Shown here piece after piece: positions 24,266 to 39,289 of a stretch of DNA of 64,000 nt. The position numbers were made by a program, and so were the translations under genes. Source of the DNA: Eledone cirrhosa (Eukaryota). How positions within the stretch are numbered: position 1 is the stretch's first letter; every line of letters starts with the position of its first letter. The stretch is taken from positions 14,942,001 through 15,006,000 of the forward strand of contig OZ024766.1 in assembly GCA_964016885.1 (NCBI GenBank). Direction: 5' to 3'. A model generated the notes under the pieces. That model was not told the origin of the DNA, did not search any database, and saw only the letters and a program-made list of their open reading frames with translations.

Positions 24266-26870
24266 ATCATCTTCATCATTTAACGTCCATTTTCCACGCT
24301 AGCATGGGTTAGATGAGCCATGTCAGAGGACCATGTTTTGCTCACACAGAACTGATTTTGGCTTCATTTCTATGTCTGGTTGTCCTAATGCCAACAACAA
24401 TGTGTACTGGGTGCTTTTAGTCATGTTACCAACACGACCACTTTCCAGTGTCGATTGGGCACTCATTGTCGTGGCGCCAAGCTGACCACTTATATAGTGT
24501 TGTTTGGGGACTTGGGTGGGTGAGATGCATGGGGAATTGAGGAGGTAGATATAAGGGTGGGGTGACTACAACGTGGAAGGTCTATGGGATGGAAGGTGGT
24601 GCATACTAGATGTATGCCTCAGCCCCTTCATATGGGAAGGTGGATCTTCTGTATGATAGCATAGTGCCAGAGATCATGGTCCTGTGTCATACCCTTTGAG
24701 AGGTGCAATTGTGCAAGGTCAGCTTTTATCAACTCATCCCAAGTCTTCCAACATCTCCATAGCTCCCTTCAACTTTGAATGCTCTGCACTTTTTTATACA
24801 GCTGTCGTCTTTCATGCGCATCACGTGACCAAACCAACGTAGCCTTCTCTCGAGTAAACAACATCTGTTCCCTCTTATTTCTAATTTTTCCCTTAGTTCG
24901 TTTATGCTTTGCCGTTCACGTATATCAATATTACACATCCAGCGGAGCATGCAAGCTTCATTCCTCTCCAGTCTGCGTATATCCTCTGCACACAATGCCC
25001 AGGTCTCACTGCCATGCAACATTGCTGTTCGTATGCAGGCATCATACAGCCTGCCTTTCATTTTTAGGGAGAACCCTTTAGCGGTTAATAGTGGTATAAG
25101 CTCTCTGAACTTTTTCCATCCAGTTCTGACTCTAGCTACTGTACTTTCAGAGCACCCTCCCCCACTGCTGATTTTGTCACCCAGGTAAAGGAAGCTGTCC
25201 ACTATTTCTATAGAACCATATGTGCAATGGAATGAGCTAGTATTCTGTGGGCACTTGCTGCTACTTATTGCACCAGAGCACCGGCCACATATAAAATCTA
25301 TATTCTTAGTTAGCTTACCTGTGATCCCACTACATCTTTTATGCACCCATACTTTGCATTTGGGACATAAAATGGAGTTTCTACCTACTCCTTTTCTACA
25401 CACTGAGCATGGCCATTTCCCGGATGGGACTGCCGCCTTATTTTCCTTCCTACAAACTAGAACTTTAGTCTTAGACAGGTTAATTTTAAGGCCTTTTGAT
25501 TCTAGGCCATGCTTCCATGTTTGGAATTTCTTCTCTAGTTCGGCTATTGATTCAGCTATGAGCGTTAGATCATCTGCGTATAGGAGTTCCCATGGGCAGC
25601 CGGTCTTGAACTCCACTGTTATAGTCTGAAGGGCAATAATAAATAGTAGGAGGCTAAGAACGGAGCCCTGATGGACACCAAATTTTATGCTAAACTCTTC
25701 ACTATATTCGTTGTTAATTCTAACATTGCTGACTGTTTCTTTATACATGGCTTGTATAGCTCTCACAAGCCATTCATCAACACCGGCTTTTTGGCCTTAA
25801 TCGACTCCTCCACCTTACTGTTCCAGCACCATGTTACTCTCCTCCTGCCTATAGGCCTGCTCCGGCCACAGACTTCGTCTGCCGCCATCAGCAGGTTTGC
25901 TTTCAGGAATTCCCACTGTTCCTCTATATTGTACGACTCTAAATGATCTTCCTTACTGTCGAAAGCATCAAGTAATATGCTTTTAAATTTATTTCTGGCT
26001 GTGGGGTCCTTTAGCTTCCATATTTTTCTCCTGAGGATAGTCCTCTTCTGCTGTCGAGTACGTCTCGTCCTTACAGATAGTTAGCCTATTTGCGTCACAG
26101 AATTCCAGGGTTCTGGAGCCTTCCTCATTTCTAGTACCAAACCCATAGCCTCCGTGGATTCCGTCATAACCGTCACAATGTTGTCCAATGTGACCATTTA
26201 GGTCGCCAGCAATAGTTATATAGTCACTGTCAGTTATTTGGGAGGTAGTGAGCATCAGTGTCTCATAGAATCTGTCTTTTATAGCGCCAGGCAGTCCGGA
26301 TTGGGGTGCGTACGCAGATATTACTGTCACAGTAGTACTATTTTGAACAAGTCTTATTTTAATTATTCTGTCATTCACTCTATTTACGTCTATTATCTTA
26401 TCCACCCATTTTTCTGCTAACATGATTCCTACCCCACCCAGCCCATTGTCATTTCCCAGCCAGAAAAGCTTATAGCATCGTTTTTTCCCACAATGAATCT
26501 AGCAGACCCGCCCCTCCACCTGGTCTCTTGGATACAGCAAACATCAATCTCCTTACGTTTAAGCATTTCTACAACCTCGTTAGAGCGGCCTTTTAAGGTG
26601 CCTACATTCATGGTACCAACTCTGAAGTTTTGGATTGCGTTTGGTGGGTAGGGCGCAGGGAGGGGTGAGGGGGATGGGGTTGGGGTTATGTTGGCCATCC
26701 GCGGCCGCAACAAAGAGGAGGGGGCCTTGCCCTTTCGTCCGGCAGCATGACGTGAATTTGTCGTTATCTTTGGCATTGTCTTCGAGTGTCCAGATTCTTC
26801 AGACTCTCCAGAAATTTCTTAGTCCATCCACCATATCGAAAAGTAACCAGAAGTGATAGCATAGGCCGTT
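24266..26870 (-). mobile_element. RTE-clade LINE, internally deleted (APE endonuclease and RT remnants)
   Basis: GTMNVGTL, CCIQETRW, SAYAPQ and GDLNGH (APE); LLYADD (RT); deletions near 25785 and 26070. Confidence 0.9.
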
Positions 26871-27101
26871 GACTTGTGATTGGTCCAAATAATAAAGCTG
26901 GAGAGTGGGGGAGAGAGGGGTATGGGGTAGTTAGCGAGGAGAAGATTATTTAGAACAGTCAGACAGAATTATAGAATAGCAATTATGAAGTAGGATTTGG
27001 ATTCTGGGCGATTATAGATATATGGATGAATGAACTGAAGGGTGGGAGACAAGAAGAAAATGTTATTTATACATTACATTTCATATGTATATTTATATAT
27101 T

Positions 27102-27144
<43 letters not shown>

Positions 27145-27280
27145 GGAAAAAATGAAACGATATTTCATTTCCCACTCTTAGTACGGCTGTTACTTAAATA
27201 TAAGTATGTACACGTACACACATATATGCATACCGACGTACAGTAGTATGTATACATATATATACATACATGCACACATA

Positions 27281-27622
27281 TATATATGCACGTATGGATT
27301 CACCGAATATTTATTATAATGCTCGGTGTGTTTGTAAACAAACATCCTGTATTAAGCCGTAGTGTCTAGCAACCACCGTTGCTCGTTTGTAAGCCGTTAA
27401 TATGCATAAGGTAAGTATATACGTTCAACAATCTGGCAGGAAGGTATACGTTGCTGACGATAGCTAACAAGCTTGAAAATAGTACAGCGTTCCTTTGTCA
27501 GTGTTGAACAAACGAGCAACGGTGGTTGCTAGACACTACGGCTTAATACGGGATGTTTGTTTACAAACATTATAATAAATATTATAATAAATATTCGGTG
27601 AATCCATACGTGCATATATATA
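27281..27622. mobile_element. Inverted-repeat element with a hammerhead motif in the spacer
   Basis: Arms 27281-27390 / 27508-27622; spacer acgttg-CTGACGA(27454)-tagct aaca agctt-GAAA-ata-GTA-cagcgt with an extended stem I. Confidence 0.65.
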
Positions 27623-27689
27623 TTAATCTGTTATTTTAATAAATATTTTCTCTACGGTTCTTATATATTTGATATATCTCTCTCTCTCT

Positions 27690-27852
27690 CTCTAAGGCGG
27701 GTAAAATTCCCGAGATCCATGGACGAGTTCTCTCCAGCGGTCTCTGTCCCTCATTATCGCTGCCATATCCTGCATCTCCAACAGACCAGTGTCTGTCCTT
27801 AGGGCATCAACATATGTTAACCTTGGTCTTCCTCTTCTAGTGTGTCCATGTA
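27690..27852 (-). mobile_element. RTE/RTE-X-like LINE 3' end fragment
   Basis: Reverse complement of 48915-49080. Confidence 0.6.
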
Positions 27853-27903
27853 TTTATCCTTATTGAGCCCTCTTTGGATTTTAGTCTTCAAATTTATTAT
27901 TAT

Positions 27904-27952
<49 letters not shown>

Positions 27953-28374
27953 ATTGTGTATTCACACATTATCTTAGTAATGATATAATAATTTTAGTAA
28001 ATTGTTCAAAATTCTTCATTAACCACTTTTGTAGAAACCCAGCCAAAATAGGTTCTCCTTCTATGGAAATGGTTCCTATCTAAATTAAAGTCTTCCAACG
28101 AAATTCTATATAACAACCATATGTTAAGTTACTATGTTAGTAATTAACTAACAATTGTGATAAATAGCCCAAATTATTCATAATTAATTGAAATACGAGG
28201 TTCATAATTATAATAAAATCTTCGAACAGGCTACGTAGCCAGTAAACCTGAAAGGTACGCAACACACACATTGCTATAGCGTTTCACCAGCCAATTCATT
28301 CCTCAATCATTACATAGATGTGTGTGTATGTAATAAATATTTTGTATTGTGTCTATTTATGAATATGTATGAGT

Positions 28375-29282
28375 AGATGTGTGTGTGTGTGTGTGTCCCA
28401 GTAGATGGGTGTGTATGTAACACAGTAGATGTGTGTGTATGTAACACAGTAGGTGTGTGTGTATGTAACACAGTAGATGTGTGTATATGTAACACAGTAG
28501 ATGTGTGTATGTAACACAGTAGATGTGTGTGTATGTAACACAGTAGATGTGTGTGTATGTAACACAGTAGGTGTGTGTGTATGTAACACAGTAGATGTGT
28601 GTGTATGTAACACAGTAGATGTGTGTGTATGTAACACAGTAGATGTGTGTGTATGTAAGACAGTAGATGTGTGTGTATGTAACACAGTAGATGTGAGTGT
28701 ATGTAACTCAGTAGATGTGAGTGTATGTAACCCAGTAGATGTGTGTAACACAATAGATGTGTGTGTATATAACACAGTAGATGTGTGTGTATGTAACACA
28801 GTAGATGTGTGTGTATGTAACACAGTAGATGTGTTTGTATGTAACACAGTAGATGTGTGTGTATGTAACACAGTAGATGTGTGTGTATATAACACAGTAG
28901 ATGTGTGTTTATGTAACACAGTAGATGTGTGTGTATGTAACCCAGTAGATGTGTGCGTATATAACCCAGTAGATGTGGGTATGTAACACAGTAGATGTAT
29001 GTAACCCAGTAGATGTGTATGTAACACAGTAGATGTGTGTGTATGTAACACAGTAGATGTGTGTGTATGTAACACAATAGATGTGTGTGTATGTAACACT
29101 GTAGATCTCTGTATATGTAACACAGTAGATGTGTGTATGTAACACAGTAGATGTGTGTGTATGTAACACAGTAGGTGTGTGTGTATGTAACACAGTAGAT
29201 GTGTGTGTATGTAACACAGTAGATGTGTGTGTATGTAAGACAGTAGATGTGTGTGTATGTAACACAGTAGATGTATATATAA
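28375..29282. repeat. ~24-bp minisatellite (gtgtgtgtatgtaacacagtagat)n
   Basis: Directly visible; paralog at 51075-51582. Confidence 0.93.
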
Positions 29283-30131
29283 CTAAAGTGTAACGTAAGT
29301 TAAAATGGACGACAAAATGACTTTAATTTGTTTTTTAACAATTGATGGTGGAAAAGATTTTAAATTGTCTTAACTCAGACCATAAAGGGCTGCAACACAT
29401 GGTGTTTGACACTCTTACCGGCTACTTAGCCAGGGATTCTATTTTACGGGGTCCGGTTACATAACTTCTTCTTAAAAATCTTCCAACATAATTTTATACA
29501 AGAACCACATGTTAAGTTACTAATAAAATAATTAATAATTAAAAACTTCAGTAAATCCTTCAAATGATATCTCAGTAATGAAATAATTAATAATTGCTAT
29601 AAATACCTCAAAATTCCTCATTAATTAAACCCAAGACAGGTAAAAACTCCAGAGTCTTTCAATCGGACATGAAACAAATTAATTTCTAATGGAAAAAGTA
29701 AAGATTTTAAAGTCAGCCAAGGGAGATCACTCTCAGCGACTTATTGTAATTCTTGTTCGTGAATTAATCCGGATTAAATTATTCTGGTGTATTTTGTGTG
29801 GAGGAAACCGGGTTTACGCGGTGATAGCGCGTAATTTAAGAACGTATGGTTCGTGAGTTCGAATCCCAGACAGTGTGGTCTGTGCGTTGGCCCCTTGAAC
29901 AAGACATTTCTCCCAGCTGGCAAAACTAATAAGTTGTACCTGTAATTACAGGGTAACGTTGTTACATAGAATTGTCACACTGAATCTCTCTGAGAACAAT
30001 GTCAACGGTAAAACGTGTCAATGAAATACCCAGACGCATTATAATATAAGATGGATTCTATATGTATTTAAAAAGGAAGGCATGTCACACGTTTTGTCTC
30101 GCTGAATCTCCCTGAGAACTACGTAAAAACT

Positions 30132-31596
30132 AGTGACTATCAGACATAGTGTATCTAGGACTACATTATCTAATGTACAGTACAGTAGTTAGTATTAGTG
30201 GCTATCAGGCATAGTATATCTAGGACTACATTACCTAATGTACAATATAGTAGTTAGTATTAGAGGCTATCAGGCATAGTGTATCTAGGACTACATTATC
30301 TAATGTACAGTACAGTAGTTAGTATTAGTGGCTATCAGACATAGTGTATCTAGGACTACATTATCTAATGTACAGTACAGTAGTTAGTATTAGTGGCTAT
30401 CAGACATAGTGTATCTAGGATTACCTTATCTAATGTACAATATAGTAGTTAGTATTACTGGCTATCAGACATAGTGTATCTAGGACTACATTATCTAATG
30501 TACAGTACAGTAGTTAGTATTAGTGGCTATCAGACATAGTATATCTAGGACTACATTATCTAATGTACAGTACAGTAGTTAGTATTAGTGGCTATCAGAC
30601 ATAGTCTATCTAGGACTACATTATCTAATGTACAGTACAGTAGTTAGTATTAGTGGCTATCAGACATAGTCTATCTAGGACTACATTATCTAATGTACAG
30701 TAGTCAGTATTACTGGCTATCAGACATAGTGTATCTAGGACTACATTATCTAATGTACAGTACAGTAGTTAGTATTAGTGACTATCAGACATAGTGTATC
30801 TAGGACTACATTATCTAATGTACAATACAGTAGTTAGTATTAGTGACTATCAGACATAGTGTATCTAGGACTACATTATCTAATGTACAATACAGTAGTT
30901 AGTATCAGTGGCTATCAGACATAGTGTATCTAGGACTACATTATCTAATGTACAGTACAGTAGTTAGTATTAGTGGTTATCAGACATAGTATATCTAGGA
31001 CTACATTATCTAATGTACAGTATAGTAGTCAGTATTACTGGCTATCAGACATAGTGTATCTAGGACTACATTATCTAATGTACAGTACAGTAGTTAGTAT
31101 TAGTGGCTATCAGACATAGTATATCTAAGACTACATTATCTAATGTACAGTATAGAAGTTAGTATTAGTGGCTATCAGACATAGTGTATCTAGGACTACA
31201 TTATCTAATGTACAGTACAGTAGTTAGTATTAGTGGCTATCAGACATAGTATATCTAGGACTACATTATCTAATGTACAGTACAGTAGTTAGTATTAGTG
31301 GCTATCAGACATAGTGTATCTAGGACTACATTACCTAATGTACAGTACAGTAATCAGTATTAGAGGCTATCAGACATAGTGTATCTAGGACTACATTATC
31401 TAATGTACAGTACAGTAGTTAGTATTAGTGGCTATCAGGCATAGTGTATCTAGGACTACATTATCTAATATACAGTACAGTAGTTAGTATTAGTGGCTAT
31501 CAGACATAGTATATCTAGGACTACATTACCTAATGTACAGTACAGTAGTTAGTATTAGTGGCTATCAGACATAGTGTATCTAAGACTACATTATCT
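30132..31596. repeat. 65-bp tandem array (~22 copies)
   Basis: Unit gtggctatcagacatagtgtatctaggactacattatctaatgtacagtacagtagttagtatta. Confidence 0.95.
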
Positions 31597-32215
31597 TAAC
31601 TGCACATAGCATCCAACCCAGACAGTATGGTGTTCTGGAAATATGTACATTCAAAGCAGAGACCTCACTCTTCAGTTGGTCCTCTTCACAATCTCCACAC
31701 AAGCCAGGTTACTGACGACCCAAGAAATGCACAGAATTCATTGCTGAATGCAATGGAGGCATTTTCACTGTTGAAGACCAAAATGTACCATCTCCACCAC
31801 CTCTGACATCAGATTCTATTACAACTATGGAATTTAGACCTGCAATGCCACCTTACAAAACCTCTACGTAGTCTTTCTAACTGCTAGAAATAGCAGCAAT
31901 ATTATCCATTACAACTTCGTTTTTTTGTTTAAAATATCCAAAGTTTAGTTATGAAATCAACAGCAAGTCCTTTGCACAGACTTCGGAATAAACTCGAAGA
32001 CCGTCAAAATATCATTCTCCTTCTCTCTCTCTTTAAACAAAGAATAGCTGCTTTCAACCTTAACGGGATCTTCTGAAACTCATTATTTTAATAAATAGTT
32101 GCTCTACGGCTTATATATACACATATGTATACACACACACACATATATATATATACATATATATATAATCCTTATCGATCCCTCTTCGGATTTCAGTCTT
32201 CACGTTTATTATTAT

Positions 32216-32249
<34 letters not shown>

Positions 32250-32267
32250 GTGCATATTCATATATAT

Positions 32268-33762
32268 CATCACACTTTAAGTTCCATTTTGCATGCTAGC
32301 AAGTTATCCTGTTGTTCCATTTTGCATGCTAGCAAGTTATCCTGTTGTGTGAAAACTTAGATCAAATGACCGTGTCTGGCTCATGCAAGAAACATTTCTG
32401 GTTGGTTTTTATGGCTGGATGCCCTTCCTAAATCCAACCACATTTACACAGTGGACTTGGCATTTATTGTTGTGTTGCTAACATAACTAACCTACAGCGT
32501 GGACTGGGTGCTTCTTGTTGTGTCATCAAGACCACCACCTAACAGAGCAGACTGGATGCTCTTTGTCATGTCATCAATTTGACAACTTCTAAGGGTGGTT
32601 TGTGTGCCTTCAGTCTTGCCACTAGCATGACTACTTTACAGAGTGGGCTAGGGACCTCCTGTCATGTCTACATCACAGGGTGGACTGGGAGCTTATTTGT
32701 CATGTCACTAGCATGACTACCTTGCAGGGAGGGTTAGGTACTCATATTACCTAACAGAGAGGACTCAGTGCTCTTTTGTCATGACACTTGCACGACCACC
32801 TTACAGGGTTCTCTGAGGGCTTTTAGCCATTTCAGCAGCATTGGAGTAGAGCATGTTAAGCTTTCCATACTTGTATACATGGGTTGGTCAAGAAAGGTGT
32901 ATCAGATGTGAAAGTGGGGGTGGGGCTGTGTGTATGTAGGGTGGGGATTGGAGAGGTAGGTCAGGGTGGTGTACTTAGCTGGTAAGGGGGTGGAGTGTTA
33001 AGATGTGAAAGGGAGGAAAACTGGAGCATACTTCAAACCACTGAATGTTGTGTCAACCTGTGGACATGGGAATGCAGGTCTCCTGCAGTACTGTATAACG
33101 CCAGAGATTTCAATCCTGTGTCATCACCTTTGCGAGGTACAATGGTGTCAGGTCAGTTTTTACCTCATCCCAAGCATTCCTAGGTCTTCCCCTTCCATCA
33201 ATTTCAAGCAGTGTAACCTTTTATACAACATCTCTACCTTCATACACATCCCATGTCCATACCACAGCAATCTCCTCTCCTGCATACTGTATCTTATCCC
33301 TCTCATGTCCGAGTTCTCTCAGATTATTTACACTTTCCTCTTCATGTATATTAATATTACACATCTTGTGGAGAATTCAAGCTTCATTTCTATCCAATCT
33401 TCGGAGGTCCTCTGCACACACTGCCCACATCTCACTGCAATGCAGCATTGTTGTTCATATGCAGACATTAATTTGATGAAACAACCTTTTGTAGCTAGCA
33501 GCAGTAGTAGCAGCCTAAACCTTTGCCATCTTGTTCTTACTCTTGTTACTGTACTTTCAGAACACCTACCTCCACTGCTAATTTGGTCACCCTGGTAACA
33601 GAAACTGTCAATTGCTTCTATGGAACCCTTTAAATATTTGATAGAGCTTGTCTCCTAAAAGCAATTGCTGCTTACTGCTCCAGTGCAATGACCCCTTGTA
33701 AAATCTACGTTCTTAGCTAACTCACCTTGTATCCCACTAAATCTCTTGTGTACCCATAGTCT
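32268..33762 (-). mobile_element. Old degenerate RTE LINE 3' portion
   Basis: Similar to RTE C-terminal codons (GGGCSES, RxRxGW, WYGH) and UTR repeats; many stops. Confidence 0.7.
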
Positions 33763-33771
33763 ATTTAGAAT

Positions 33772-33963
33772 AAATAATTGTTTCTACTTTAGGCACAAGG
33801 CCAGCAATTACCCAGTGCATTACTGGTACTTTATTTTATCGACCCCGTAGGGATGAAAGGCAAAGTCAACCTCGGCGGGATTTGAACTCAGATCGTAAAG
33901 GGACGTAACTATGCTGGAAAGCATGGCGTCCGACCCTCTACCGATACTGCCAATTCACCGCCC
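33772..33963 (-). mobile_element. Full-length family B (MetaSINE-like) SINE
   Basis: ggcggtgaattggcagtatcggtag head through to aaacaattatt tail. Other copies: 19472-19645, 21655-21825, 44752-44928, 54270-54457 (-); 46133-46285, 53612-53785 (+). Confidence 0.8.
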
Positions 33964-34224
33964 CTGAGTAAATAATGTTTCATACACATAACATATATGT
34001 GTGACCATTGGTTGTCAAGTCCACTTATGGCCACCACTGTATATTAGGGGAGGCACTTCCAAACAGACCCTTCATTAGGTATGCTGACAAATATATTAAA
34101 AGGAAGTTCTTTCCTCCAACAATTTTCACTTGAAACAGAGGAGAGTTTCATATTGTCAAAAAGGGAGGTAAATCCTTAGTGGTGGAATTGTCAGGCTTAA
34201 TTATATATGTAATTAGACATACAT

Positions 34225-34856
34225 AGAAGTGGTTGATTGCTTTTGCAATGCAGGTGACTTAATTAGCAGCGGAGGGGGCTGCTCTGAAAGATTAATAGCT
34301 AGAATAAGGATAGGATGGAAAAAGTTTAGAGAGCTACTGCAACAGTTGACCACAAAAGGTTTCTCTCTCTGTACAAAAGGACAACTGTAATGCACATGTG
34401 GGCGATGTGCAATGATGCATGGTAACGAAACAAGGGCTGTGACTGCAGAGGTTATGTAGACTGGAGAGAAATGCCACAACCATGTTTTGTATGATATGTT
34501 GTGTAAGTGTGAGAGAAAGGGAGAGCTTGGACAAGTTCAAGAAGAAGCTGGGTTTAAGAGTGATCTGAAGTGGTGTGTAAGAGAGAAGATTGTGTTTGTA
34601 CAGTTATGTGATGCCCATGGATAATGACTGCTGGATGATGAAGTGCCAGGAAATCCCAGTAGAAGCCATAGTGGAGGTAGACCAATAAAGACCCGGACAG
34701 AAGCTGTGTCAGCTGACTTCAAATAACTGACTCTCACAGAGGACATGACAAAGGAACACGACAAGTGGAAAGGTGCCATGTTGAGAAGGACCTGTCCAAT
34801 CCAAGGAAGCATGGAAAAACAGATATAAAAACAGTTATGGGGTTGATGAAGATGAC
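34225..34856 (+). mobile_element. Degenerate RTE LINE fragment
   Basis: GDLISSGGGCSE..ARIRIGWKKFRELL is recognisable; frameshifted. Confidence 0.7.
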
Positions 34857-35149
34857 ATACATATACACACATAGATACTAAATAAATCAAATCCTTATAT
34901 GCAAACATAGATACAAACATATACATGGACACACATTTCTACACATACATTCACATATATATAACGTATGTAAATTCTGAACACTAGTTTTGTCAGCAAA
35001 ACTCTTGGTTACAACTTCTACAAATAAAATAAAGAAGAAGAATTTCTTAGTAAAACAGTTTTATTCAAAATATTAACACATTGGTGGCACTATTTTAGGT
35101 GAGTGACATAGGTTTTATCTTGTCTCATTGTGTTTGTGTTGCATCAAGT

Positions 35150-35900
35150 AACCTTTACAAGAGAATTATTTATCACAGACAATAATATGGTTCCTCTCCT
35201 GTATATGTTAGTGTGTAGTGAAACCACAACATTTAGAGAAGCATTTACCACAGACACCACAGTGATATGGTTCCTCTCCTGTATATGTTACTGTGTAGTG
35301 AAGCCACAAGATTTAGAGATTGATTTATCACAGACATCGCAGTGATATAGTTCCTCTCCTGTATATGTTAGTGTCTAGTGATGCCACAACATTTAGACAA
35401 TGATTTACCACAGACATCACAGTGATATAGTTCCACTCCTGTAGATGTTAGTGTCTAGTGAAGCCACAACATTTAGACAATGATTTACCACAGACATCAC
35501 AGTGATATAGTTCCTCTCCTGTATATGTTAGTGTCTAGTGAAGCCACAACATTTAGAGAATGATTTACCACAGACATCACAGTGATATAGTTCCTCTCCT
35601 GTAGATGTTAGTGTCTAGTGAAGCCACAACATTTAGACAATGATTTACCACAGACATCACAGTGATATAGTTCCTCTCCTGTACATGTTAGTGTCTAGTG
35701 AAGCCACAACATTTAGTCAATGATTTACCAGACATCGCAATGATATAGTTCCTCTCCTGTATATGTTAGTGTGTAGTGAAGCCACAACATTTAGAGAATG
35801 ATTTACTGCAGACATCACAGTGATACAGTTCCTCTCCTGTATATGTTAGTGTGTAGTGAAGCCACAATATTTAGAGAATGATTTACCAAATATATCAAAG
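35150..35900 (-). repeat. 80-bp tandem array (~9 copies) derived from a dead C2H2 finger
   Basis: Minus-strand unit TATCACTGTGATGTCTGTGGTAAATCATT..CACTAACATATACAGGAGAG; contains a TAA stop and the length is not a multiple of 3. Confidence 0.85.
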
Positions 35901-36052
35901 TGATATGGCTTCCCAGCTGTATGTATATGTTTGTGTGTAGTTAATGTAACATTCAAAGAGAATGATTTCCCTCACATGTCACAATGATATGTATTTGTAT
36001 TCTAATTAATTTAAAAAATTTGAGGGAAGGATTTATCACTGATGTCAATGCG

Positions 36053-36734
<682 letters not shown>

Positions 36735-38011
36735 AATGATTTCTTCTTCAACAAATGTTTTACTTGTAATATTTTTTATATTATATTTCTTATAAAATAT
36801 ATCTTCTATATTTCCCTCAACTGTGATTTCAGTTAATATCTGAAGATAATACAAACTTCTGTTTCATCCAAGTTTAGTTAAAATACAAAACCATCTTATA
36901 GTGAAGAAAATAAACTCAGTTTTGAGGAAATATTTCACACTAATTGAACTATAGATTTATATAAACAGTGTTATATAAGTTCTGTTTAGAAGGTTTTAGT
37001 CTTCAAATGATGAGAAATAGAGGTGATGTATCCAAGATTGAAAATATTAATTTATCCCAATGTCATCTGATATTCTGAAATAAGAAAGAAACAGTATGAG
37101 ATAATAGAGAATACTTTAGAAGCAGAGATAGATTTAACAGTGGAAATGTTATATTTCTATATTGGTAAACTGTAGATATCAACATTCTGTCCAGAGAAAT
37201 TCTCTCCAATGTAAGCAGTGATATTCCAGCATGCTCTATAAATTATATCCTTCTATCACTTCAGAGGTCTGCTCTATGGCAGTTTAGCAAAAAATTCATT
37301 CTTATAGGACTTATAAGAAAGAAACAATATGAGATAATAAACCAGTCCAACACTGTAAACATGGTTCATGTCAGGAAGGGAATCCAGCTGCAAAATACTC
37401 GACCAAATTTACAGACCTCACCTGAGCAAGGTGTGACACATGGCCAACCCTGGCCAGACTTGCCTCCTGGCGTGGATGACCCGTCTAACCCATGCAAGAA
37501 TGGAAAAATGGACATTAAATAGTGATGACACAGACATATATATATATATCCCACCCACACTGGTCATGTAAAAGACACAGCAAAAAGCACCCAGCCCACA
37601 CTGTAAAGTGGACATGTAGGTGTCTTGGGAAATGCACCCAGTCCACACTGTCAATGTGGTTGGCATTAGGAAGGGCATCCTGCTGTAGAGAGCTAGCCAG
37701 AAACACCCCCATATGATTGAGACACGGTCACCTGACACAACTTGCCTCTAAATGGGACCTGTTTAACCCATGCTAGAGTGGAAGATGGACGTTAATTGAT
37801 GATGATGATATATAATAAAATGTTGCAGTTTGCTTGAAGCATTCTATATAAAATATAATGTTGAAAGAGATAGAAGGCTAAACAATGCAAAATGGACTGT
37901 AAGATGAGGTAAGGAATAGTAAAAGTTACCTGGTAATCATTGTTTTGTTTTTTTATTGCTGTTCTTTTATTTGTACAATATTGCGTGACCTAAAAGTCCC
38001 TTCTTCAGGGT

Positions 38012-38236
38012 TTAACCCTTTAGCATTTACATTACTACATATATACTATTATATTTCCATGGTAAAGGCTTTACCTCACATATGTCACATAATATTGAAT
38101 CTATGAGATTTTGATATTATTTATATTGAAAACAATACCTTAACATCAGTATGAGTGGCCAATTATGGCTGGTTTAAAACGAAAAAGGGGACAAAATTCT
38201 GGCCAGTTATGGCCAGTTTAAATGTTAAAGGGTTAA
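38012..38236. mobile_element. piggyBac-like MITE
   Basis: ttaaccctttagcattta ... taaatgttaaagggttaa; same family as 1391-1611. Confidence 0.75.
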
Positions 38237-38335
38237 GCAACTTTCAGTAGATAATGTTCCAATTTCCTCTTTTGGGATTACATTTTGACTTTGATTAAAA
38301 ACATTTCTAAGTCATTTTCAAGCGTTTTATAAAAT

Positions 38336-38790
38336 TGATGGAAGCTGTGAAGTAGGAAGACATAGTTTGAGGTGATAAAAGCTGACCTCACACAATTGAT
38401 AGACGCTATGGAGTAGGAAGACCTTGTTTGAGGTGATAAAAGCTGACCTCACACAATTGATGGAAGCTATGGAGTAGGAAGACCTTGTTTGAGGTGATAA
38501 AAGCTGACCTCACACAATTGATGGAAGCTATGGAGTAGGAAGACCTGGGATTAGGTGAGAAAAGCTGACCTCACACAATTGATGGAAGCTATGGAGTAGG
38601 AAGACCTGGGATTAGGTGAGAAAAGCTGACCTCACACAATTGATGGAAGCTATGGAATAGGAAGACCTAGTTTGAGGTGATAAAAGCTGACCTCACACAA
38701 TTGATGGAAGCTATGGAGTAGGAAGACCTGGGATTAGGTGAGAAAAGCTGACCTCACACAATTGAAGGAAACTATGGAATAGGAAGATAA
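38336..38790 (+). repeat. 61-bp tandem array (~7 copies) derived from the RTE ORF C-terminus
   Basis: Unit gaagctatggagtaggaagacctgggattaggtgagaaaagctgacctcacacaattgatg aligns with 42279-42350 (GSYGVG..TWD.LI..DLT.L). Confidence 0.8.
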
Positions 38791-39289
38791 GTACGGTTGT
38801 TTGAGGAAGACCAACAGTCACCCAAGTATACCAGTCTCTCACTCCACGCCACCGATGTTGTCCAAAGGAAAGGTAATGACTGATACAGCTTGGTACTAGT
38901 GATATCACAACATATATATACACTATATATTATATATACACTGTGTACACTATATATTATACACTATATATGATGTTGTCCAAGGGAATGGTAATGACTT
39001 ATACAGGTTGGCACCAGTGATTTCACAACATATATACTATATATATATACACTATGTATAATATATATATTATACATACACTATGTACAGTATATATAGA
39101 ATTCAAATTCTCCGTTTTTCTCTTGGATTTTCAATTAATATCTTACATGTTTTTAATAATATGTCTCATTATGTTGGACCCTTCCTAAAACTAACCTTCT
39201 GCTAAAGTTACCCATTTCCCACCCCTCAGACACCACCATTTATATATGGTTCAATCATAACTGAGAGGCTTATAGTAAGTTCTCAGTAA

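Larger units (their letters stand above)
16816..24417 (+). repeat. Tandem triplication (units ~16816-19365, 19366-21547, 21548-24417)
   Basis: Each unit has the same order: RTE fragment, SINE B, SINE A, TA/TG tract, 28-bp array, AT-rich tail, RTE tail. Junctions read gggtgcttt|gattgcc. Confidence 0.92.
27945..31596 (+). repeat. Segmental duplicate of 50647-53597
   Basis: Collinear unique sequence plus the 24-bp and 65-bp arrays. Confidence 0.9.

Noticed and set aside
28375-29282. Relationship of the 24-bp repeat to the 54-bp EGF repeat (shared acagtagatg)
   Set aside because: Only a 10-bp low-complexity match; probably chance.
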